Positions 11,592-21,414 of a stretch of DNA of 64,000 nt are shown here, in pieces. This DNA is from an uncultured Chloroflexia bacterium. GTDB lineage: Bacteria; Chloroflexota; Limnocylindria; Limnocylindrales; CSP1-4. How positions within the stretch are numbered: the stretch's first letter is position 1; each line of letters opens with the position of its first letter. The stretch is taken from NCBI GenBank assembly GCA_963841135.1, contig CAWJBJ010000005.1, positions 355,062 through 419,061 of the forward strand, in the 5' to 3' direction. The notes below the pieces were generated by a model. The model was not told the DNA's origin and did no database searches. It worked only from the letters and a program-made list of their open reading frames with translations. A program made the position numbers and the translations under genes.

Positions 11592-12600
11592 TCAGGCAGC
11601 GGCGGACCAGTCGAGCTGCGGACGACGAGCTCGGGCTCGAACAGGAGCTCCTCGTGGGGGACGGCGGTCCCGGCGATCTGCCCGTTCAGCAGCTCGATGA
11701 CCATCCGGCCCATCGCGTCGATCGGCTGGCGGACCGTCGTCAGCGGCGGCTCCGTGCAGTTCATCAGGGCGGAGTCGTCGAAGCCGACCACCGACACATC
11801 GCCGGGCACGTTCATGCCCGGCGCGCCGTGCGGCCCGGATCGCGCCGAGCGCCATCGGGTCGCTGGCACACACGATGCCGGTGATGCCCCGGGCGAGCAG
11901 GCGGACCGCAGCGGCCTGCGCGGCCTCGAGCGAGTACAGGGCGTGGGCGACGTCGTCCGATCCGAGCGTCAGACCGGCCGCCTTCGCGACGACCCGGCCG
12001 CGCTCGAGCTTTCGCTGCGACGGGATGTGGTCGACCGGTCCGAGGAGCATGCCGATCCGCGTGTGGCCGAGCGAGATGAGGTGGCCCATCGCCTGTTCCA
12101 CGGCCACGGCGTCATCGCACGAGACCCGCGGAAAGCCGAGCCCGTCGATCGCCGCGTTGACGAGGACCGTCGGCAGCCCACGCTCCGCCAGCCGCGCGGT
12201 AGTGGCCGTGCGGCGCGGCCGCCTGCGCGTACAGTCCGCCGGCGAACACGACACCCGAGACCTGCTGCTGGAGGAGCAGGTCGACGTAGTCGGCCTCCGA
12301 GACGCCCCCGACCGTCTGCGTGCACAGGACCGGGGTGAAGCCCTGCTGCGCCAGCGCCCCGCAGACGACCTCCGCGAAGGCCGGGAAGATCGGGTTCTGG
12401 AGCTCGGGCAGCACGAGCCCGACGAGGCGGGCCCGCTCGCCGCGCAGCTTGGTCGGACGCTCGTAGCCGAGGACGTCGAGGGCGGTGAGCACCGCCTGGC
12501 GGGTCGACTCGGAGACGCCGGGCTTCTCGTTGAGGACGCGGCTGACGGTCGCCTCGCTGACCCCGACCTTGCGCGCGACGTCCGCGAGTCGTCTTGTCAT
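11592..12600 (-). CDS. LacI-family transcriptional regulator (frameshifted)
   Basis: HTH MTRRLADVARKVGVSEATVSRVLN; C-terminal DVSVVGFDDS...PPLTTVRQP. Confidence 0.9.
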
Positions 12601-12621
12601 GCGGCAATGGTACGCATATCA

Positions 12622-12648
12622 ACGCAAGTCATTGCAAGTCACTTGCGT
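12622..12648. promoter_or_regulatory. Tandem LacI-type operator (autoregulation)
   Basis: ACGCAAGTCATTGCAAGTCACTTGCGT, containing GCAAG-TCA-CTTGC, just upstream of a TACCAT -10 and leaderless ATG. Confidence 0.55.
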
Positions 12649-12669
12649 GATGGCCGTGGCCCTTGGCTA

Positions 12670-13708
12670 CTAGCCGACGAGTCGCCGCTCCTGACCGCCT
12701 GAGTGCTGCCCGCGATAGTGCGTGGCCAGCAGGTCCTCGCCCCAGTCGTTCGTCAGGTCGCGCCACACCGAGTGGATGTGGTTGCCGCCGTTCTGGGTGT
12801 TGTCGTACTCGATGAGGAACTCGGGTCCGCGGATCGCGTAGTAGTGGCCGCGGCCCGGCGCATCCGGACCGGCCCAGGCGAACGTCACGGGCGCCAGCCC
12901 GGCCGAGCGGATCCGCTCCCACTCCGGCGTCGGCGACGTCCGGCCGAGCGCGGCCCAGGTAGTGGCGGATGAGCCGCTCGAGGTCCTGCGCCTGCCCGCT
13001 CTCGAGCTGTTCGTGGCGGATCCCGCTCGCGATCTCCCGGACGTCGGCCCGGCGGCCGTGGCCGCTCAGGATCTCGGGCGGCGCGACGGGATCCACGATG
13101 GCGATCGCGCGCTGCGCGGGCTTCAGGCTCGCGAGCAGGGCTCGCGCCAGGGTCTCCTCGCCATCGATCGTCCGCTCGCCGGCGCGTGGCCCGCTCGGGA
13201 TCGTCGCCGGGTTCGCCCCGAGGAAGGACGGCGCGCTCCCGATCACCAGGCCATCCGCCACGGCGACGGTGATCGCGACGTGGTGGCCGCCGACCCGCCA
13301 GGCCCATGGTGAGTCCCCGCCGGGCTCGCCGAAGACCGCGAACCAGTACAGCTCCGGGTCGCGTCGCGGCCAGCCGGGCTTGCCGCCGTGGCGTTCGAGG
13401 TCACCCAGGACGGTCTCGAGCGCGATGACCGCGCGAACCTCGCGGGCGCCTCGCTCGCTCATCGACGCGGTCACGATCAAGATCGCGGCTTCCCGCTGGG
13501 GCGGTGACATGTCCGCGATCGCGAGGCCCTTGCGCTCGCCCGGCGTGAAGGCCCAGACGAACCGCTCGTCGGTCTCGAAGGGGAAGGTCGCTCGGGCGCG
13601 TTGTGCCGGGTCGAGCCCGTCGATCCACCGCGCGACGGCGTCGGCGATGTCCGCCGCCGGCGGGCGCGCGAAGCCAGGGTCGGCGTGATGGATGGGGTGC
13701 GTTGTCAT
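12670..13708 (-). CDS. DUF3500 domain protein (frameshifted near C-terminus)
   Basis: [41 protein letters not shown] are family motifs. Confidence 0.8.
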
Positions 13709-13743
13709 CGTCCGCAAGGATACGAGCCGAGACACCGGGCGAC

Positions 13744-14163
13744 CTAGCGGGGCAGCCGCTCCCAGTCGACCCAGCGGGTGCCGTCCCACCAGCGATGCCA
13801 GGTGGTCCCGTCACGGCCGGGCGCCCAGACGTCGATCCGATCGGCGCTCCACGACGACGCCGCAGGCGTGCCGGTCAGCTCGCCGCCGAGCGACTCCCAC
13901 GGATGCCACGAGGTGCCGTCCCAATAGCGGTTCCACAAGGCGCCGTCGTCGAAGACCGCGAACACCTGGAGCCGGTCGATGCCCCACGCGGTGGCTGCCG
14001 GCGCGGAGGCCAGCGTCCCGCCGAGCGACTCGGGCTCGGACCAGGTGCCGGACACGAGAAAACGGTGGATCAGCCCACTGGACTCATCCACCGTGAAGAG
14101 GTCGATCCGATCAGGTCCCCACGAGACCGCGGCGGTCCCGATCGGTGTCGGTGTCGTGCTCAT
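13744..14163 (-). CDS. Three-repeat tryptophan-rich beta-propeller lectin-like protein (PLL/fucose-lectin-type blades)
   Basis: 139 aa; three repeats of about 45 aa: WGPDRIDLF, WGIDRLQVF...WESLGG, WSADRIDVW...WHRWWDG. Confidence 0.7.
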   Translation of the reverse strand: MSTTPTPIGTAAVSWGPDRIDLFTVDESSGLIHRFLVSGTWSEPESLGGTLASAPAATAWGIDRLQVFAVFDDGALWNRYWDGTSWHPWESLGGELTGTPAASSWSADRIDVWAPGRDGTTWHRWWDGTRWVDWERLPR

Positions 14164-14173
14164 GGAGCACAGG

Positions 14174-14408
14174 TTACTTGGTCGGGGCGAGGGTCCGGCG
14201 AAGATCGTCCGCGACGTACGAGTCGAGGCGATCGGTCGGCGCCGGCTGACGTGCGGCTCACGAACGCGAACGCGTTCGCGAGGGCCCGACGGGGCCACGA
14301 CGGACGGACCGGCAGACCGGCCTGAACGAGCGCGACGCGCCGCTGGTGATCCATCTCGCGGGTGCGGTCCGCGGCGATGTCGAGGGCGAGAAAGGCGATG
14401 GGATGCAT
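14174..14408 (-). CDS. Small hypothetical protein, about 77 aa (one frameshift)
   Basis: RBS GGAG then MHPIAFLALDIAADRTREMDHQRRVALVQAG...; after a one-base shift it ends RLDSYVADDLRRTLAPTK*. Confidence 0.55.
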
Positions 14409-14467
14409 GGGGAATGTCTCCTGGGTGAGCGATCGGTGGTCGAGGGTTCGCGTGGTCGACATGCGAG

Positions 14468-14584
14468 TTACCGGCGGTGGTCGTCGGTCATGCCGTCGCG
14501 GGAGTCCGCGCCCCAGTTGACCGCGGCGAAGTCCACCACGAGGAAGGCCGCGATGAGGCCGACGAACATCACGATTGGTTCCAT
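14468..14584 (-). CDS. 38-aa small membrane protein
   Basis: RBS AGGAGG then MEPIVMFVGLIAAFLVVDFAAVNWGADSRDGMTDDHRR*; one hydrophobic helix plus WGADSRDG. Confidence 0.65.
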   Translation of the reverse strand: MEPIVMFVGLIAAFLVVDFAAVNWGADSRDGMTDDHRR

Positions 14585-14611
14585 TTCGGACCTCCTTGTC
14601 CTTGCGTCCCG

Positions 14612-14692
14612 ATAACCCTTTAAGAGTTCTTTATCGGTTACTCGTACAGTACCCTCTTGCGCGTAACCTGTCAAGTGGTCTAAAGTGGTTAC
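14612..14692. promoter_or_regulatory. Divergent sigma70 promoters with two TAACC-N18-GGTTA inverted repeats
   Basis: TAACC 14613-17 / GGTTA 14636-40 and GTAACC 14663-68 / GGTTAC 14687-92. Minus promoter TTGACA(14669-74)-17-TACTGT(14646-51); plus promoter TTGCGC-18-TAAAGT(14681-86). Confidence 0.65.
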
Positions 14693-14695
14693 ATC

Positions 14696-15328
14696 ATGCA
14701 ATCGCAAGCCGCCCTCCACGCCCTCGATCCGGGCCACGCCCACGACGTCAACGTGGAGATCACCTTCGACTTCCTGAACACCCTCGACTACGACGATGGT
14801 TTCCCACGCGAGGGTCTGCCGACCCTCGAAGGCGTCCTCGCCTGGTTCGCCGACCACGGCCTGATCCATCGCGAGGGCGCCGATCGCCTGCGGCGTGAGG
14901 CCGTCTCCCGGCCGCGGGTCGCGGCCAAGGACCTCGAACGCGTCCATGCCGTGCGCGCGGCGCTCCGCGAGGTCGCCGATTCGGTCGTCGAGCACCGGGC
15001 TGCGCGCAAGGACGCGCTCGCGACCATCAACAGGGCGCTCCACGCCCGCCAGGTGATCGAGCTCGCGCCGTCGCCCGACGGCGTGCATGTCGACCACCGC
15101 CACGTCGGCGATCCGGTCGACGATGCGCTGGCGCGACTGTCCGAGGCCCTGGTCACCGAGCTGACCGCAGGCGATCCCGAGCGGATCCGCATCTGCGACA
15201 ACGACACGTGCCGCTGGGTCTTCTACGACACCTCACGCACGGGTCGCCGCCGCTGGTGCGACATGGCCACATGCGGCAACCGGGCGAAGGCCGCGCGCCA
15301 CCGCGCGAAGGTGGCCGCCAAGAACTGA
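14696..15328 (+). CDS. ABATE/CGNR zinc-finger putative transcriptional regulator
   Basis: N-terminal FDFLNTL (ABATE); C-terminal RIRICDNDTCRWVFYDTSRTGRRRWCDMATCGNRAKAARHR. Confidence 0.9.
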   Translation: MQSQAALHALDPGHAHDVNVEITFDFLNTLDYDDGFPREGLPTLEGVLAWFADHGLIHREGADRLRREAVSRPRVAAKDLERVHAVRAALREVADSVVEHRAARKDALATINRALHARQVIELAPSPDGVHVDHRHVGDPVDDALARLSEALVTELTAGDPERIRICDNDTCRWVFYDTSRTGRRRWCDMATCGNRAKAARHRAKVAAKN

Positions 15329-15355
15329 CGCCGTGTCGCGGCTCCGGCCGCTCGG

Positions 15356-16299
15356 TCAGCCGGCGCGTTCCAGGATCGGCCGAACCTCCGTCGCGAGCCG
15401 GGTCATCGACTCCTCGTCGTGCGGCGACGGGAAACCGCGCGATGAGGTGGCGGTAGCCGAGCTCGAGGTAGGGGAGCAGACGCTCGGCGACGTCCTCGGG
15501 CGTGCCGACCGGCTGGTCGGTCCAGAGGTCGGCCTTGCCGTTGCGCTCGAAGATGGCCTTCTGGACGCGAGCCGCCTCTTCGCGGGAGTCGCGGATGACG
15601 ACCGAGCCGATGCCGCTCGTTCGCTCGATCTCGGACGGGTCGCGCCCGACGGTCTCGCAGTGCTGGAGGAGGATCGCCTCCTTGCGTTCGCACGTTGGCG
15701 ATCCCGCCGCCGACGTTGTTCGCGTCGCCGTACTTCGCCACGAGCTTGAGCGTGACCTTCTCGCCGCCGCCGCCGATCAGCAGCGGCAGGCGTTCCTGGA
15801 TCGGCGGCGGGTCGTTGCGCACGGCCTTCGCGGAGTAGCGCGGCCCGGCCGCCGTCGGCCGCTCGCCGTGGAGCATGCCGCGCATGATCGGCAGAGCCTC
15901 GCCGAGCCAGCGCAGCCGCTCCGGGAACCCGTCGCCGAACTGGAGGCCGTACGCGACGTGCTCGGTCTCGAACCACGCCCCGCCGATGCCGAGGATTGCC
16001 CGGCCGTTCGAGATGTGGTCGAGCGTCGTCGCCATCTTCGCGGTGAGCGACGGCTCCCGGAACGTGTTCGCCCCGACCATCAGCCCGATCCGGACCTGCT
16101 CGGTCGCCTGCGCCCATGCCGCCAGCGTCAGCCAGCCCTCGAAGATCGGACCCTCGTGGCTGCCGACGATCGGGTAGAGGTGGTCCCAGGTCCAGAGACT
16201 GTCGAAGCCGAGGCGGTCGGCACGCTGCCCGGCTGCCAGCAGGTCGGGCCAGGTCGTGTACTGGTTCCAGCAGAGCGCGCCAAGTCGAACGTCAGTCAC
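15356..16299 (-). CDS. LLM-class (luciferase-like) flavin-dependent oxidoreductase, possibly F420-dependent (frameshifted)
   Basis: GFDSLWTWDHLYP, KMATTLDHISNGRAILGIGGAW, LLIGGGGEKVTLKLVAKY. Confidence 0.85.
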
Positions 16300-16337
16300 A
16301 TGGCCTCCAGGGACGGGTCGCCGCGTCTCGGTCGATT

Positions 16338-16845
16338 CTAGACGAGCCCTCGCCAGCGTTCGGGGAATCGTTCGAGGTCATCCCGAACGTCGTCGGCCGC
16401 AGCCGTGAGGGTCTGTGAAGTCACTGGAAACTCGAGCCACACCGACCCCCAGTCATCCTCACGTCTCCATGGAGGCCGTGCCTCCAGTTCGAACGAGACT
16501 CGGATCGTGATTCCGGTGCGCTGGTCGGAAACCTTCCGAAACGCAAGGTTCGGCTCGATGAAGTGGATTTCGTCGGTGTCGACATTGCCGTCTGCGATGG
16601 CGTCGAACCAGGCGGCCAAGCTTTGGAGCTCCGTGGTGCGTAGGCACGGGTGACGGAACGGACCAATTCCGGTCGCCGTCGACTCGCCGTGACGGCGATG
16701 ACCAGCCAGTTCGCGTCGTGGTCGAACGCAGGCCATCGGCGGCGCAGGATCGAATTCGCACCAGCCGAGTCGCCCCATCCTCCAGAACTCGTAGCCGACA
16801 GGCGCGCATTCGAAGGCACGACCCGTCGGGACCCGCGAAGCGCAC
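16338..16845 (-). CDS. Hypothetical protein resembling WapI-family immunity proteins (frameshifted)
   Basis: Stitched fragments VGYEF, DHDANWLVI, FRHPCLRTTELQSLAAWF, IHFIEPNLAF, FELEARPPW; family resemblance is from memory, not a search. Confidence 0.45.
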
Positions 16846-16858
16846 CGGCGATCGACCG

Positions 16859-19433
16859 TCAGTCGCGGACGACGATGTTGATGAGCTTGCCGCCCGCGTG
16901 GATGACGCGTCGCGGCGTCGCGGCCGGCGAGGGCCGCGACGATCTTCGGGTGGCCAGCGACCAGCTGCCTCGAGCTCGTCCTTGTCGATGTCGAATCGGC
17001 ACGGTCAGCAGCGTCGCGCAGCTTGCCGTTGACCTGGACCGGGACCTCGCGGGTCGACTCCGTCGTGGCGGACTCGTCGACCTCGGGCCACGACTGCGTG
17101 TGGATCGACGCCCACGGCTGCGCCGGCCGCCGCCAGCCGCCGGCTCCACAGCTCCTCGGTGATGTGCGGCGCCGCCGGGGCCAGCATCAGCAGCAGCAGC
17201 CGGATCGCCTCGTCCCACTCGGCGTCCGCCGGCGATCGGCGTCCCGCGATAGCGGAACAGCGTGTTCGACAGCTCCATCAGCTTCGCGATCATCGTGTTG
17301 AAGTGGAACGCCTCGTAGTCCGCGGTGACGTCGCGCAGCGTCCGGTGGGCGGCGCGCGCGGAGCGTCGCCGTGGCAGTCGGCCTCGGTCTCGCCGGCCGG
17401 CCAGCGACGCCGGACTCGGGGTCGCCCGGCTCGCGGCCGTTCGGGTCCAGGGCCAGCGTCCAGACCCGGTTCAGGAAGCGATGGACGCCGCCGATCCCGG
17501 TCGGGCTCCACGGCCCGCCCTGGTCCCACGGGCCCATGAACATCAGGAACAGCCGGACGGTGTCGGCGCCGTAGCGACGGACCAGCTCGTCGGGGTCCTG
17601 GACGTTGCCGCGCGACTTCGACATCCGCTCGCCGTCGGCGCCCAGGATCTGGCCCTGGTTGAACAGCCGCTTGAACGGCTCGCGCTCGGTCGATCAGGCC
17701 GATGTCGCGCCATCGCCTTGGTGAAGAAGCGGCTGTACAGCAGGTGCATCACGGCGTGCTCGGCGCCGCCGGTGTACTGGTCGACCGGCGTCCAGCGCTC
17801 GACCATCGCGCGGTCGACCGGGCCGTCGCTCTTGTGCGGCGACAGGTAGCGGAACCAGTACCACGACGAGTCGACGAACGTGTCCATCGTGTCGGTCTCG
17901 CGCCGCGCCGGCTGGCCGCACGTCGGGCACGTCGACGTTGACGGAACGCCTCGTCGTGGTTGAGCGGGTTGTCGCCGCTGCCGTGGTAGTCGACGGTCTC
18001 GGGCAGCAGGACCGGCAGGTCCTCGTCGGGGACCGGCACGATGCCGTCGCGTCTCGCAGTAGATGACCGGGATCGGCGTGCCCCAGTAGCGCTGGCGGCT
18101 GATCAGCCAGTCGCGCAGGCGGTAGGTGACCTTGGGCTCGGCCCGGCCGGTCTCGGCCAGCCACTCGACGATGGCCTTGCCGCCCTCGTCGGCCGGCAGG
18201 CCGTCGAAGCGGCCGCTGTTGACCAGCCGCTCGCCCGCGGCGTGGGCGACGTAGGCGTCGTCCATCGGCGCGTCGGCGTCCACGCCCGGGCGCGGCCACG
18301 ACGCGCCGGATCGGCAGGCCGAACTGCTGCGCGAACGCGAAGTCGCGCTCGTCGTGGGCGGGCACGGCCATGATCGCGCCCGTGCCGTAGCCGGCCAGCA
18401 CGTAGTCGGCGATGAAGATCGGGATCCGCTCGCCGTTGACCGGGTTGATCGCGTCCGCGCCGAGCGCGACGCCGGTCTTCTCGCGGTCGGTCGACAGGCG
18501 CTCGATCTCGGTCCGGCGGCGGGCCTGCGTCGACGTAGGCCTCGACCTCGGCGCGCCGGTCCGGGTGCGGTCAGCCGCTCGACCAGCGGGTGCTCCGGCG
18601 CCAGGACCATGAACGTGGCGCCGAACAGCGTGTCGGGCCGCGTCGTGAAGACGCGCAGGATCGTCGCCGCCGGGCTGGTGGTCGTCCGGCGCGGTCTCGA
18701 AGTCGATCTCGGCGCCCTCGGACCGGCCGATCCAGTTCGTCTGCTGGATCCGGATCGGCTCCGGCCAGTCGATGCCGTCGAAGTCGCAGCAGCTCGTCGG
18801 CGTACTGCGGTCGTCCGCAGGAACCACTGCTCCAGGTCGCGCTTCTCGACCAGCGCGCCGCAGCGCCAGCAGCGGCGGTCCGGGCCCTCGACCTGCTCGC
18901 GGGCCAGCGTCCCGTCGTTGGGGCACCAGTCGACCGGCGACATCGCGCCGGTAGGCCAGGCCCGGCCTCCAGGAACCGCAGGAACAGCCACTGGTTCCAG
19001 CGGTAGTAGGCCGGGTCGGCGGTGACGACCTCGTGCTCCCAGGCGAACGTCGCGCCCATCGTCCGGAACTGGCGGCGCATCGTTCTCGATGTTCGCCATC
19101 GTCCAGGTGAACGGGTGGCCGCCGCTCTTGATCGCCGCGTTCTCGGCCGGCAGCCCGAACGCATCGAAGCCGATCGGGAAGAACACGTTGTAGCCGTGCA
19201 TCCGGCGGAAGCGCGCCAGCGCGTCGGTCGGCGTCACGATGTACCAGTGGCCGATGTGCAGGTCGCCCGACGGGTACGGGTACATCGTCAGCAGGTAGTA
19301 CTTGGGCTTCGACTCGTCGCGCAGGTCCGTCTCGTCCAGGCCGAGCTCCGCCCAGCGCGCCTGCCAGCGCGGCTCGATCGTCGGTCGGGTCGTAGCGCTC
19401 GATCCTGGTTCGGCTGTCGGCGGTCTCGGTCAC
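16859..19433 (-). CDS. leuS: Leucyl-tRNA synthetase (multiple frameshifts)
   Basis: [13 protein letters not shown] (HIGH), [38 protein letters not shown], terminal KLINIVV. Confidence 0.95.
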
Positions 19434-19498
19434 GGTCGGTCCTCGGGATACGGGTCACCCCCCGCCGCCGGCGAGGGGTGAGGTCGGCGGTCGCGTCA

Positions 19499-19574
19499 TG
19501 GTGGAGCTACGGGGACTCGAACCCCGGACCCCCTGCATGCCATGCAGGTGCTCTTCCAGCTGAGCTATAGCCCC
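19499..19574 (-). tRNA. tRNA-Ala (GGC)
   Basis: GGGGCTATAGCTCAGCTGGAAGAGCACCTGCATGGCATGCAGG...GTTCGAGTCCCCGTAGCTCCACCA; G3:U70 pair and encoded CCA. Confidence 0.97.
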
Positions 19575-19614
19575 ACGGAAGGCGGAGTCTACCAGAGGGC
19601 CACCGTGCGACGGT

Positions 19615-21414
19615 TCAGCGCGGGACGTTCGGGAGGTCGTGGGTCTCGCCCGTGTCGACCGAGATCACCTGCGGCACCGAGACGCCATTGCCGTCCTGGT
19701 CCACGCGGCGGATGAGGAGCCAGCCGGGCGGCAGATTCGAGGACCGGTCGGCCACGACGTGAGTCGACCCCGAGGGCTTGAAGGCATCGAGCGGCACCGT
19801 GCCCATGCCGGTCGTCGGGTCCGCGATCCAGAGCGACTGGCCCGAGCCGTTCACGTCCTGCGTGTACACGAGCCGAGGACCGTCCTTCGTGGGGATCACA
19901 AAGGCATCGAAGCCGTACCCGTTGATGACCGTCCTGGCGGTGCCACCCGTGATCGGCACGACCTGGATCGCGCCGGGGGCGCCGTTGAAGTCGGCCTGGC
20001 AGACGTCGGCTGTGGTGGTGAAGACCTGGCCATCGACGATCCCGATGATCTCGCACACGCTCCGATCGGTCGTGACGGTCACGGTCGTGCTCTTGAGCGT
20101 GGTCGTATCGATGATCGTGAGTTCGCAGCGGCCGGGGTCGACACAGGCCTCGATGACGAAGGCCGAACGGTCTGCGGAGAGTGCGGCACTCATCCCGCCG
20201 AGAGGCGGCCCGTCGATGTCGAACGGCGGCGCCACGGTGGCGACGACGGTGTTGGCCTGATCGCCATCGGTGATCCCGAGCCGGTGGAACGTCAGGCCCG
20301 AGGCGAGCTCCTCGGAACCGACCGAGTAGAAGACCTGACCGTGTCGATCATCCAGCCAGGCGCGGCCGATCCTGTCGCCGGGTTGGGCGTCGACCATGGC
20401 CGTCGGACCGATGGCATCGGGACTCTGGTCCTTGACCGGGTAGACGCTGAGGCGGGAGACGCCGTCGTCGGCGACATATGCGACGTGCTCGCCGTCGACG
20501 CTGGCCGACCGGATGCCCGGGTTCGTCGTGCCCCATCCTCCGTATCCGAACTGCCCGAAGCGGTACAGGTCTCCCTTGACGTGCAGCCAGGCCGTCCGCG
20601 CCAGGTCATCGGGCAGGGACGGAGGCGGGCCGAGGGTGGGCTCGGGCGTCGCGGTGGCGTCGACGACGTCGACGTTGAAGAACGCCTGACTCCACGCCTC
20701 GCCACTGGTCGTCTCGAAGCCCGCGAGGATCCGCACGACCCATGACCCCGCCGGCGGAGGGTTGAAACTGGCCGTGGGTGTGGAAGGCATCGCAAAGCCG
20801 GGTGCCAACGGCAGGGGGTCCCCGTCGAGCTGACCGATCGGCACAGCGTCTGCCTCGAGCGAGATGAGGCAGGCCGCGACGGAGGCTCCGCTCACAAGGA
20901 GCGAGTTCCCGGGGCTGGCGACCATCACGGGCTCGTTGAGTGCGTCCGCGTCGGCGAAGTTGCCGGTGGCGCCCGAGATCCTGTCGCCCATGCGGAACGC
21001 GCTTGCGTTCCCGACGTACACCCTGGATGCGTCGGACGAGGACTGGAGCAGGATGTCGATGCCGTCCGTCATGGTGGACGGGTCGATGGTCGTGCACGAC
21101 GCCGATGGATCCGTCTCAGTGGCGGCCGGCGTCTCGCTGGGCCCCGCGCTGAGGCGCGGGGTCTCCGTCGACGACGGGCTCGCTGTCGCGCCGACGGCCG
21201 GAAGTCGGAGCCAGCCGTTCGACATCCCGGCGATCGCCGCCACGGCCACGAAGGCGATGACGGCCGCGATGAGTGTGAGCGTCCGGCCGCGCGACTGTCG
21301 CTGGCGCACGACGAGCCGGCGCTGGAGCTCGGCGGCGGTGATCGTCATCGACAGCTCATCGCCTTCGGCGCGCAGCGTGGTTCGGAGTCGGTCTTCGAGC
21401 TGGCTGTCATGCAT
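19615..21414 (-). CDS. Membrane-anchored putative anti-sigma factor with large extracytoplasmic region
   Basis: 599 aa: short N-terminal helix (LEDRLRTTLRAE), one TM, S/T/P linker, beta-rich Cys-paired domains; overlaps the ECF sigma stop. Confidence 0.6.
   Translation of the reverse strand: MHDSQLEDRLRTTLRAEGDELSMTITAAELQRRLVVRQRQSRGRTLTLIAAVIAFVAVAAIAGMSNGWLRLPAVGATASPSSTETPRLSAGPSETPAATETDPSASCTTIDPSTMTDGIDILLQSSSDASRVYVGNASAFRMGDRISGATGNFADADALNEPVMVASPGNSLLVSGASVAACLISLEADAVPIGQLDGDPLPLAPGFAMPSTPTASFNPPPAGSWVVRILAGFETTSGEAWSQAFFNVDVVDATATPEPTLGPPPSLPDDLARTAWLHVKGDLYRFGQFGYGGWGTTNPGIRSASVDGEHVAYVADDGVSRLSVYPVKDQSPDAIGPTAMVDAQPGDRIGRAWLDDRHGQVFYSVGSEELASGLTFHRLGITDGDQANTVVATVAPPFDIDGPPLGGMSAALSADRSAFVIEACVDPGRCELTIIDTTTLKSTTVTVTTDRSVCEIIGIVDGQVFTTTADVCQADFNGAPGAIQVVPITGGTARTVINGYGFDAFVIPTKDGPRLVYTQDVNGSGQSLWIADPTTGMGTVPLDAFKPSGSTHVVADRSSNLPPGWLLIRRVDQDGNGVSVPQVISVDTGETHDLPNVPR

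Noticed and set aside
16859-19433. leuS, holA, comEC and others as true pseudogenes
   Set aside because: leuS and holA are essential, all motifs are intact and only single-base shifts occur; sequencing error is far more likely.
19434-19498. T-box leader upstream of leuS
   Set aside because: Only about 65 nt lie between the tRNA and the start codon, with one GC hairpin and no T-box consensus or specifier stem.
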